A DNA stretch of 64,000 nucleotides from Anaerolineales bacterium (GTDB taxonomy: Bacteria > Chloroflexota > Anaerolineae > Anaerolineales > E44-bin32), in assembly GCA_034417075.1 (NCBI GenBank), contig DAOULU010000012.1, positions 211,342 to 275,341 on the forward strand. Reading direction: 5' to 3'. Position 1 is the first letter of the stretch, and the number at the start of each line of letters is the position of its first letter. Below are positions 39,089 through 47,196 of the stretch, one piece after another. The notes beneath the pieces are model-generated. The model had not been told where the DNA came from. It saw only the letters and a program-made list of their open reading frames with translations, and did not search any database. Both the position numbers and the translations under genes were made by a program.

Positions 39089-39661
39089 TTAAAGTTGTCG
39101 GACCACGAGATTTATGATGGCTTTCAAAGTATCGAATACGCCATGTCCCTTGATCGCGGACGAGCCCATACAAGGGACGCCATTGACATTCATCTGCGTC
39201 TTTAAATCATCGGGTTTGATCACGTCGGGAAGGTCCTGCTTGTTGAATTGAATAACGCAGGGAAATGAATCGATCGGCGTCCCTAGCTGCATCAAGTAGT
39301 TTTCGAGCGCTTTGAGATCATTGACGTTATCGGTTAGACGATCACGCTGCGAATCGGCAACGAATACGACTCCATCGGATCCTTGAAGGACGAGTTTTCG
39401 GCTTGCTTCGTAATACACCTGCCCGGGTACGGTATACAGACTGAATTTTGGTTTCAGACCATTGATACTCCCGAGTTCTAATTGCATGAAATCGAAGAAT
39501 ATCGTTCGATCTTCACGCGTTTTCAAAGAAACCAATTCCCCGCGCGATTTGGGGTTGATGTGTCCGTGGATGAATTGTAGGTTTGTCGTTTTTCCACTGC
39601 GAGCAGGGCCATAATATACAATCTTGATATGTAGCTCGCCCAGCTTCTGGTTTATGTACAT
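39089..39661 (-). CDS. mglA: MglA-family Ras-like small GTPase
   Basis: 190 aa, co-linear with Myxococcus/Thermus MglA as I recall them: KIVYYGPARSGKTTNLQ (P-loop), EDRTIFFDF (intrinsic Arg), LYTVPGQVYY (switch II with Thr in place of Asp), NKQD (G4). ggagga RBS. Confidence 0.92.
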   Translation of the reverse strand: MYINQKLGELHIKIVYYGPARSGKTTNLQFIHGHINPKSRGELVSLKTREDRTIFFDFMQLELGSINGLKPKFSLYTVPGQVYYEASRKLVLQGSDGVVFVADSQRDRLTDNVNDLKALENYLMQLGTPIDSFPCVIQFNKQDLPDVIKPDDLKTQMNVNGVPCMGSSAIKGHGVFDTLKAIINLVVRQL

Positions 39662-39757
39662 CTTGGTAGTTCCTCCATCATAAGCTTAAATATACTTTAA
39701 TTCACCGACACTTCAAACTCAACAAATAAGCATGAACCTCATTCTTTGAAAACACCG

Positions 39758-40759
39758 CTATTTCGCCTTTTTAGTTTCTTTCAACTCAGATGGAACAAGC
39801 CCGGCATTCATTGCGTCTTCAAAGTTGATTAATTCTCCTGTACCGATATCCAGCAGGATCTCGTCGTCTAGCAATTGATCGAGTTCGGCATTCATTGCTT
39901 CCGCCAGGTTGTCGGAATCGATCTCCGCATCCTTCTGATCGGCGATCAGTGGAGCCAGTTCGGCGGCCGTTTGTTTGGTGTAATGCCATACCGCACCGGG
40001 TTTGGTTTCCGAACCGAAGATTACCGCTAAAAGGAAGTCTCCATCCACATCGTGCGCATAGATGTTGTATTCCGGCCCTTCATGGAAACTGGATTTAAAA
40101 ACCGAATCGCTTTTCAGGATTCTGGCCAATTCGGATGAAGCTGCGAAATTCGCAGCTACAAGTGCACTGATGTTTGATGTATCCATTCCGCTCGTCACAC
40201 CCGCTGTTTCAACCATATATCCATTGGCACTCAACAGTAATACGCATGAGGCTCCGGAGTCGGCCTGTAATTTATTCAATTTTTCACGCAGCGGTTCGCC
40301 AAGATCTCGCATCTCGGGCTGTTCATCGCTATTCATCGAGCCGATTGCTTTTTCAACGATCTCTCGAATCTGCGTCATGCTGAAGGGTTTATCGATAAAG
40401 CCTTCGAGATTCAATTCCTCGACGGATGAACGCAACTCCTTATTTCCATACGCCGTAATAAGGACTACTTTCGTATCCGGGGAGATTTCACGAACGGCTT
40501 TTGCTAAATCCAAGCCGTTCATGGTCGGCATCATATAGTCGGTTATGATCAGTTCGTAGGAACCGCTTTTAACCTTTTCAAGGGCAGCCGCGCCGCTATT
40601 TGCCGTATCGACAGTATACTCATCGCAAAGTTTGCTCAAGTAATTTGTCAAGGCTTTCAAGATTTCATGCTCATCGTCTACGATGAGCAAATGCCTGGTA
40701 TCTGCATCTTGAGTCGTCAAGTCGATTCTCCCAATACGCTTACCTTCCTGGATTGCCAA
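39758..40759 (-). CDS. response-regulator receiver domain fused to a Roadblock/LC7-like domain
   Basis: REC motifs LLIVDDEHE, ELIITDYMMPTMNG, ITAYG, DKP. C-terminal half ASCVLLLSANGYMVETAG...DFLLAVIFGSETKPGAV is Roadblock-like. TTG start at 40759, or TTG 40720 with a gggaga RBS. Confidence 0.8.
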   Translation of the reverse strand: MAIQEGKRIGRIDLTTQDADTRHLLIVDDEHEILKALTNYLSKLCDEYTVDTANSGAAALEKVKSGSYELIITDYMMPTMNGLDLAKAVREISPDTKVVLITAYGNKELRSSVEELNLEGFIDKPFSMTQIREIVEKAIGSMNSDEQPEMRDLGEPLREKLNKLQADSGASCVLLLSANGYMVETAGVTSGMDTSNISALVAANFAASSELARILKSDSVFKSSFHEGPEYNIYAHDVDGDFLLAVIFGSETKPGAVWHYTKQTAAELAPLIADQKDAEIDSDNLAEAMNAELDQLLDDEILLDIGTGELINFEDAMNAGLVPSELKETKKAK

Positions 40760-41106
40760 TGAATCTAAGATAAGGGTACATCATAAGTGAGAAAGTAGAC
40801 CTTTCATTTGGCTTGCAAAGTCACCTCAATATCTGCCTAGGGGTATGAAAAGACACCTGATGGCATTCTGGGAAACGTGCTCGAATTCGCATTCCTATGG
40901 TTTGTGACGTGACGTGCGTGAACCACAATTATATTCCGCTTCATGATTTGTGCAAAATGGTCTGGATAACTCTGATTTATGCTCTTTCGATCTTGCCTGA
41001 TTCGGTCCTCTGGATTTTGCTGGTCGTCTATTGTGGTGTAGATTAAGCGGGTAGTTGGGTTCGCCGTTTTTCGAAAGATGCACAATTCGCTGGAGGAGGT
41101 GTTGTT

Positions 41107-42090
41107 ATGCAATATCGCAGTTTGGGCCGCACGGGATGGCAGGTGTCTGCAATAAGCTTTGGAGCATGGGCAATTGGAGGCACCTGGGGTCCCGTCGATG
41201 ATCATGATTCTTTGGCCGCATTGCATCGAGCCGTCGACTTGGGTGTGAACTTCTTCGACACCGCCGACGTTTATGGGGACGGGCGCAGCGAGACTCTGCT
41301 CGCAGAGTTGCGCAAACAACGTGACGAGACTATATACATCGCCACCAAGGCGGGGCGTCGTTTAGACCCCCACACAGCCGATGGATACAACCGCAAGAAC
41401 TTGACGAAATTTGTAGACAGAAGTCTGAAGAATCTCCGGGTTGAGACGATTGACTTGCTTCAGCTCCATTGTCCACCTACGGAAGTTTTCTACATGCCGG
41501 ACGTCTTTGGAATCCTCGACGATCTGGTCGCGACCGGAAAGCTTCATTATTACGGCGTGAGTGTGGAAAAGGTGGAGGAAGCACTGAAAGCTATCGAATA
41601 TCCGAATGTGCAGAGCATCCAGATCATTTTCAACATGTTCCGCCATCGGCCCGCGGAGCTGTTTTTCGAACAAGCGCAGAAACGACAAGTGGGGATTCTG
41701 GCTCGAGTGCCGCTCGCATCCGGTTTGCTGACCGGTAAGATGAGCGCCGACACGACTTTCAATAGCGACGATCATCGCGCCTTCAATCGCGACGGAGAGG
41801 CATTCGATCGCGGCGAAACGTTTTCCGGCGTTGATTACCAAACCGGGCTGAAAGCCGTCGAGGAATTGAAAGACATCGTCCCCGAAGGAATGAGCTTGGT
41901 CCAGATGGCATTGCGTTGGATATTGATGTTCGATGCGGTAACGTGCACCATTCCTGGGGCAAAGCGGATCTCACAGGTCGAAGAAAATATGGCTGCCGCG
42001 GACTTGCCCGAGCTCTCCGACGATGTGATGCGCAAGGTGAACGAAATCTACCAAAGAAATATTCGGCAGCTCGTCCATCAGTTGTGGTGA
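41107..42090 (+). CDS. aldo/keto reductase family oxidoreductase
   Basis: 327 aa. N-terminus MQYRSLGRTGWQVSAISFGAW..GG.WG, plus FFDTADVYGDGRSE. ggaggagg RBS. Confidence 0.9.
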   Translation: MQYRSLGRTGWQVSAISFGAWAIGGTWGPVDDHDSLAALHRAVDLGVNFFDTADVYGDGRSETLLAELRKQRDETIYIATKAGRRLDPHTADGYNRKNLTKFVDRSLKNLRVETIDLLQLHCPPTEVFYMPDVFGILDDLVATGKLHYYGVSVEKVEEALKAIEYPNVQSIQIIFNMFRHRPAELFFEQAQKRQVGILARVPLASGLLTGKMSADTTFNSDDHRAFNRDGEAFDRGETFSGVDYQTGLKAVEELKDIVPEGMSLVQMALRWILMFDAVTCTIPGAKRISQVEENMAAADLPELSDDVMRKVNEIYQRNIRQLVHQLW

Positions 42091-42111
42091 TCAAGATCAC
42101 TTGAGCCGAAG

Positions 42112-43242
42112 ATGCGAAATTCGCAGATAGCTTTGTATTCATTCATCCTTATACTTGGTCTGTCAAGCTGCAGCACGGCAGCTTCCACGGTAGCTGCCGT
42201 TCAAACAAAAGTGAGGGTTTCTGATACCCCTGTCACCGAAACGGAAAAGCCAAATTCATTCCAGCCAACGGAGACTGAGAACGTATCAACCCCTACACCG
42301 GATTGGGATAAACTATGGGCGCCCTCGAGTTTCCCTGGCGACCATGTCATGATCCTGGATGAAAACAAGCCTTATTCCGTTGAACTGCCGTTTCATATGG
42401 GTGAGTTTTACGATTATAGTTCCGTGAGTCATCGCATGCTTTTTGCGCTCGACTTTCCGGATCGCGGTGCAGGCCCGGGTGGTGTGGCTGTTAGTGATCT
42501 CACGATTTCGAATTTTGATAATGGCGAGATCGAGACATTGATCGCAGATGATATCGTGGAGGCACTTTGGTTTCCGGATGGCGAAGCTTTTGCCTACATT
42601 CGAGCTACCAATCAAACCTACGAATTGCACTGGCGATCGCTCGACGGTGTGGATCGGATCCTTGCGGAGGACGTAACATTCACGTGGAGCATTGCACCCT
42701 CCGGTCAGGCTGTTGCCTTCACTCGTGAGTCCGGCTACGGCATGGAAATTACACCAGGACTCTATATTGTGAATTTAGATACGGAGGAAGAACTGCTGCT
42801 TGCCGAAGTGGATCTTCACGGCGCGGGGAGTGTGCCCGATCAACCATTCTGGTCGCCGGACAGTAGCGAGGTCATTCTGTCGGACTGGGCTGGTCCGGAA
42901 GAGAACAGGTTGATCCTGGCGCGGGTTGATGGAACGGCTTCATTCGATCTGGTCTTGAATCCGCAGCTCGAGGATGAATGGTGGTCGACGATACGGATTC
43001 CGAATATCGTTTGGTACCCTGATGGTGATCACTTGGTTGGTGCTTCAACAATCATCTATGAAATGGATGGCCCCGATGCGCTTGTATATTATCGCATCGA
43101 TCGTGATACATACACGTTGGTAGAAGGTAAGTTGCTTGCTGAGCTCGCTGATTACGAAAATCTGATCGGTTGGGCGAAACCCGGTATCTCGGTGTGGGCT
43201 TTCGTTGTCGGCGAAGGGCTTACAGAGGTATTCGTGCCGTAG
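42112..43242 (+). CDS. lipoprotein with TolB/PD40-like beta-propeller repeats
   Basis: Lipobox LILGLSSCS. Repeated WFPDGEAFAY, IAPSGQAVAF, FWSPDSSEVI, VWYPDGDHLV motifs. Confidence 0.7.
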   Translation: MRNSQIALYSFILILGLSSCSTAASTVAAVQTKVRVSDTPVTETEKPNSFQPTETENVSTPTPDWDKLWAPSSFPGDHVMILDENKPYSVELPFHMGEFYDYSSVSHRMLFALDFPDRGAGPGGVAVSDLTISNFDNGEIETLIADDIVEALWFPDGEAFAYIRATNQTYELHWRSLDGVDRILAEDVTFTWSIAPSGQAVAFTRESGYGMEITPGLYIVNLDTEEELLLAEVDLHGAGSVPDQPFWSPDSSEVILSDWAGPEENRLILARVDGTASFDLVLNPQLEDEWWSTIRIPNIVWYPDGDHLVGASTIIYEMDGPDALVYYRIDRDTYTLVEGKLLAELADYENLIGWAKPGISVWAFVVGEGLTEVFVP

Positions 43243-43288
43243 ATCGCATACTTGGTGAACATATTATGGACTTTGGAGGGAGGATGCA

Positions 43289-43807
43289 ATGACGGAATTA
43301 ATTCCAGAAAGAATACCCGACTGTGCAGCACGACTACTTGCTCGGGCCGAGTGGTATGTGGATCCGGGCGTCGTGCGGCGGGCGAAACTCAAGCTGGCGA
43401 GCGGTTTGGCGGCATTTCTGAGCAGCGAAAGATTTTCAAAAGGCAAGATGGCAGCAATTACGCTCGGAAAGACTATTCATTTCTGTGGTGCAGATCAATT
43501 TCAGCCGCATACTGCGAACGGCTTGGCGCTGATCGCTCATGAGTTAAAACACGTCGAACAGTACGAAAGATACAAGCTGGTCAAGTTCTACGCTAAATAT
43601 CTATGGGGGTTTATCCGGCATGGCTATGGAAAGGAGATCGACCTCGAGTCGACGGCGTATGCGCTCCAGGCGGCCGTGAAAACGCATCTGCAAAACGAAT
43701 TTAACGCGAATGCGGGTCGCGATCCTTGCCTGCAGATGGGTGAACCACATACGCCGAATCTCGAATTTGTGATGACCGTGCCTGCAGTATTCGAGGATGA
43801 TTTATGA
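43289..43807 (+). CDS. DUF4157-domain (HExxH metallopeptidase-like) protein
   Basis: GLALIAHELKHVEQYER matches the DUF4157 signature. Strong ggaggg RBS. Confidence 0.7.
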   Translation: MTELIPERIPDCAARLLARAEWYVDPGVVRRAKLKLASGLAAFLSSERFSKGKMAAITLGKTIHFCGADQFQPHTANGLALIAHELKHVEQYERYKLVKFYAKYLWGFIRHGYGKEIDLESTAYALQAAVKTHLQNEFNANAGRDPCLQMGEPHTPNLEFVMTVPAVFEDDL

Positions 43808-44003
43808 GAGTGCATTGATCAACGGCTGAAGGAGGGACAGCGCCTCCGTGCTTCAATAGTGCGCTGGCATGAAGTGCGAGGTGGCCTTCGAGATAGTGGG
43901 TGTCTATCTGGTTCGATCGAGGCTGCTAAAGCACGGCCTAACCTGCGCGGTATTATGATGATAGAGACGCGTTCGTTTCATTTTGAGACGGGAGTGGTAT
44001 GCA

Positions 44004-44576
44004 ATGAAAAAAGATAATGTTGGTAAGCTGGGCGAGTCAAAAAATTACGAAGTCGCCACAATTGGAGGTGGGTGTTTCTGGTGTTTGGAGGCCGTGTTTC
44101 AAGATTTAGAAGGCGTGAAGCAGGTCGTTTCCGGCTACGCAGGTGGCGATGTCGCTGAACCGACGTACGAGCAAGTCTGTACCGGCTCCACGGGTCACGC
44201 CGAGGTCGTTCAAGTCACATACGATCCACAAAAAGTCAGCTACGAGTTCCTGTTGGACGTTTTCTTCAGCATTCACGATCCGACGACGTTGAATCGTCAG
44301 GGGGCGGACGTCGGCACACAGTACCGCTCTGTGATTTTCTATCACAATGAGAAGCAGGAAGAGGCCGCCAAACGAAAGATCCAAGAAATCGGAGACGAGG
44401 GAATCTGGGATCGAGCCATCGTTACACAATTGGAGCCGTTGGAGCAATTTTATCCGGCTGAGGAATACCATCAAAATTACTTCAAAAAGAACCCCTTTGC
44501 GGGATATTGCCGCGCCGTAATATCTCCCAAGGTCGTCAAGTTCCGGGCAAAATTTGCCGAAAAATTAAGACAATAA
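44004..44576 (+). CDS. msrA: peptide-methionine (S)-S-oxide reductase MsrA
   Basis: Active-site [12 protein letters not shown], then GYAGG...[26 protein letters not shown] 44004 is preferred over TTG 43983. Confidence 0.92.
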   Translation: MKKDNVGKLGESKNYEVATIGGGCFWCLEAVFQDLEGVKQVVSGYAGGDVAEPTYEQVCTGSTGHAEVVQVTYDPQKVSYEFLLDVFFSIHDPTTLNRQGADVGTQYRSVIFYHNEKQEEAAKRKIQEIGDEGIWDRAIVTQLEPLEQFYPAEEYHQNYFKKNPFAGYCRAVISPKVVKFRAKFAEKLRQ

Positions 44577-44627
44577 TGGGAGATTTACAATCGTGCATGA
44601 TGGTTCAAATCCGATCTTCATACCAGG

Positions 44628-45221
44628 TTGAACGAAAGGACACGAATTTTGAGCTCAATTACGGAGTGGCTTTCGGACGGCGATTTGCGATCCGATGGCG
44701 CGGCGAACGAAGTCGCCGACCTCGTGCTGCAGAATCCAGCCTTGATCTCAGATTTGTTGGCAGGATTGCGCCATGACGATAAAATCGTGCGCGGCCATGC
44801 GGCGGATGCCCTAGAAAAAGTCTCGCGTTCCTCTCCGGAGTTAATCGTCAATCGCGTCGATTCAATTGTGGACATCGCGATGCACGATGATGTCGCTATG
44901 GTTCGATGGCACCTGGCGATGATCCTCGGTTATTTGTCGATTTTTACGGCCCATGTCGAGAAAATCACAGAAACGCTGTTCCATCTGCTTGCTGATGAGA
45001 GTGCCTTTGTTCAATCGTGGTCGATCGTCAGTCTATGTATCGTAGCCCGTAAATATCCGCAGTACTGTAGTGAGATCCTGGTAAGAATCGAGCGCTTAAA
45101 ACAAAGCGAAAGCGCTGCTATCCGCACGAAGGTTCGTCAATCACTGAATCTGCTAACAGATCCTAACCGAACGTTTCCGAAAGGTTGGATAAAAAGTCCG
45201 CATTTGGACCAGCTCGAATGA
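44628..45221 (+). CDS. HEAT-repeat protein (DNA-alkylation-repair-like fold)
   Basis: Helical repeats with the RGHAADALEKV / VRWHLAMILGYL pattern. TTG start with a weak RBS. Confidence 0.6.
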   Translation: MNERTRILSSITEWLSDGDLRSDGAANEVADLVLQNPALISDLLAGLRHDDKIVRGHAADALEKVSRSSPELIVNRVDSIVDIAMHDDVAMVRWHLAMILGYLSIFTAHVEKITETLFHLLADESAFVQSWSIVSLCIVARKYPQYCSEILVRIERLKQSESAAIRTKVRQSLNLLTDPNRTFPKGWIKSPHLDQLE

Positions 45222-45291
45222 TTGGTTCAGCAGTTGCGGCACATCGAAGTCCTCAGTTTTGGGTTTTCATGGATGGAACAGGAGGAATGTC

Positions 45292-45963
45292 ATGCCTGAT
45301 GTGGAATCGCAGACTCGCATACAGAACAGCTTCTTGGATCCCATCGAGCGTCGCGTTTTACACTGGTTCGCTGAGAGGACCCCGCAGCGATTTACACCGG
45401 ACACCTTGACAATCATCGGCATCGCAGGATCACTGCTCATATTTGCGGGATACGCTCTTACAAAAGCCTCGCCGGCTTTCTTGTGGCTGGCGAGTCTTGG
45501 TTTCGTCATCAATTGGTACGGCGACAGTTTGGATGGGACGCTGGCGCGGTATCGCAAGATCGAGAGGCCGAAATTTGGCTTCTACATCGATCATATCGTC
45601 GATGCGTTCAGTCAAGTTGTTGTCTTCACCGGCCTTGGCTTATCGTCTTATGCTCGCCTGGATATCGCATGTCTTGCGCTGAGTGGCTACTTGCTGCTAT
45701 CGATCCTGGCGTACGTCTATGCTTTTGTCACCGGTGTCTTTCGCATATCGTACGCTAAGGTCGGTCCCACTGAAGTGCGGCTGATCGCCATCCTCGCTAA
45801 CACGCTGGTCTTTTTCTTCGGTAACCCGAAGTACGAGATACTGGGCATCGCAATCACGCCCTTCGATTCGTTGATTCTCGTTATTGCATTGCTGTTGTTC
45901 ACTCTCTTTTTAAGCACTTCCATCCGCTATGGTCGTGAACTCGTCGGCGTCGATTCGCACTAG
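45292..45963 (+). CDS. CDP-alcohol phosphatidyltransferase family protein
   Basis: Signature GDSLDGTLARYRKIERPKFGFYIDHIVD (D-x2-DG-x2-AR...D-x3-D) and multiple TM segments. ATG 45292 has an aggagg RBS; the track start is TTG 45259. Confidence 0.8.
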   Translation: MPDVESQTRIQNSFLDPIERRVLHWFAERTPQRFTPDTLTIIGIAGSLLIFAGYALTKASPAFLWLASLGFVINWYGDSLDGTLARYRKIERPKFGFYIDHIVDAFSQVVVFTGLGLSSYARLDIACLALSGYLLLSILAYVYAFVTGVFRISYAKVGPTEVRLIAILANTLVFFFGNPKYEILGIAITPFDSLILVIALLLFTLFLSTSIRYGRELVGVDSH

Positions 45964-45993
45964 ACCTTGATCGCATAAATCAATTGGCAATGG

Positions 45994-46035
45994 AAAAAAG
46001 GTCCTCCGCAGGTTTGGATGGACCTTTTCTTTTCG
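45994..46035 (+). terminator. intrinsic terminator between convergent genes
   Basis: Stem aaaaggtcc (45996-46004) / ggacctttt (46020-46028), followed by cttttc. The A-run upstream allows bidirectional use. Confidence 0.55.
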
Positions 46036-46075
46036 ATGGAACTGGATTGAAATCTCTGAGTGCGTCGTCTCTCGA

Positions 46076-46951
46076 TCAGTTGTCGATCAGTTGAGCTGCA
46101 ACATGGCGAATGACGTCCATCGGATTCGATCCATGATATCTTTCGACGATGTCGTTGAACGTCATCGGCGGTGAATAATTGAGTCTCGGCGCAATCGCAA
46201 GCGTGCGGGGAAGGAAAAGATGTTGAACCGCCTGACTGATTTCTGCAATGACCTGTTTATCGTGTATGCTTTTACGAAGGCGGGTAAGCGGGTTTCTGAT
46301 CGACCAGGATGACAATACACCTCGAATGATGGTAACCGATAGATTTGCTTGTGGGACGCGCCGCAGCATGACCTCGAGGCTGGGGGACCAGCGTGACAGA
46401 GATTCAGTCGCACCACTCAATACCTGCGGGTCGGGTTCGATTAAACCGCGCGGGAAGATCAGTACAGCACCACCTTCTTGCAAGTGTCGAATCACAGAAC
46501 GTACGACAGCGAGGCGTTCGAACGTGTTGCGCGAGACGAGGATGAAATGATCTCGCATTGCCTTCAGGTTGGCGAAGAGGGGCATGGCGCTGGCAACGAT
46601 CTTCAAGTCGGGACGCGGCAGGCTTGCGGCGACCAACAAGCCGTCAACCATACCGGGATGATTGGAGGCGATGAGCAAGGGACCGCTGGTCGGAACATCT
46701 TCGAGCCCTTCGACTTCAAAGTAGCGGACGAAGCGATCGAGCATTCGCCGGGATGCTTCGTGTAGCCCGGAACCCGCCACAAGTTGATCGAAGCTCTGTA
46801 CGAGCTCGGCGAGCCGCATTGCGGGTGATGCAAGCACGCCGCCAATGAGTTTCCCGGACACGGTGTCGTGGGAAAGATGCAGGAATCTCAAAGCTTCCTT
46901 GATGACTTGATCCCGCAGTTGGGTTACTTGCTCTCTAAATCCTGGTGCCAT
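46076..46951 (-). CDS. lysophospholipid (1-acyl-sn-glycerol-3-phosphate) acyltransferase family protein
   Basis: HxxxxD motif SNHPGMVDG and downstream IFPRG motif of the PlsC family. Confidence 0.8.
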   Translation of the reverse strand: MAPGFREQVTQLRDQVIKEALRFLHLSHDTVSGKLIGGVLASPAMRLAELVQSFDQLVAGSGLHEASRRMLDRFVRYFEVEGLEDVPTSGPLLIASNHPGMVDGLLVAASLPRPDLKIVASAMPLFANLKAMRDHFILVSRNTFERLAVVRSVIRHLQEGGAVLIFPRGLIEPDPQVLSGATESLSRWSPSLEVMLRRVPQANLSVTIIRGVLSSWSIRNPLTRLRKSIHDKQVIAEISQAVQHLFLPRTLAIAPRLNYSPPMTFNDIVERYHGSNPMDVIRHVAAQLIDN

Positions 46952-47196
46952 TCATCCGTCTCCTTGTGGATATATATATAATTTTATCCCGAAAATCGTT
47001 GCTTCGTCTATTGCTCGTTTTCGCTCTTGGGATCGACATCGAAAATGGTTGCTCGATCCCAACGAAATGACATGTTATTTTCAACGATTGATCGCGTATA
47101 TAATCTTACGCGGAGTTGATGCTTACCAAGCGATAGAATCTTGGCTGTTTTCTCTGCGTGATTCCTTGACGATTGCTGTGAATTGATGGAATAGCG

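Noticed and set aside
39063-39173. N-terminal extension of the PATAN-Roadblock ORF, overlapping the GTPase gene
   Set aside because: It would overlap the MglA 3' end by 85 nt. ATG 39062 begins exactly at the PATAN signature.
40902-40928. ttgtg-N17-cacaa inverted repeat with internal gtgac gtgac tandem, upstream of the signalling cluster
   Set aside because: The arms are only 5 bp and the spacing does not fit the CRP/FNR-type TGTGA-N6-TCACA pattern. It is too weak to call without comparative data.
40837-41319. 160-aa minus-strand ORF across the cluster/AKR intergenic region
   Set aside because: It overlaps the start of the well-supported aldo/keto reductase gene and the likely promoter region. 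No RBS and no recognisable motif.
43910-43918. tRNA-like T-loop sequence ggttcgatc in the intergenic region upstream of msrA
   Set aside because: I could not build an acceptor stem, an anticodon arm or a D arm around it. It is an isolated match only.
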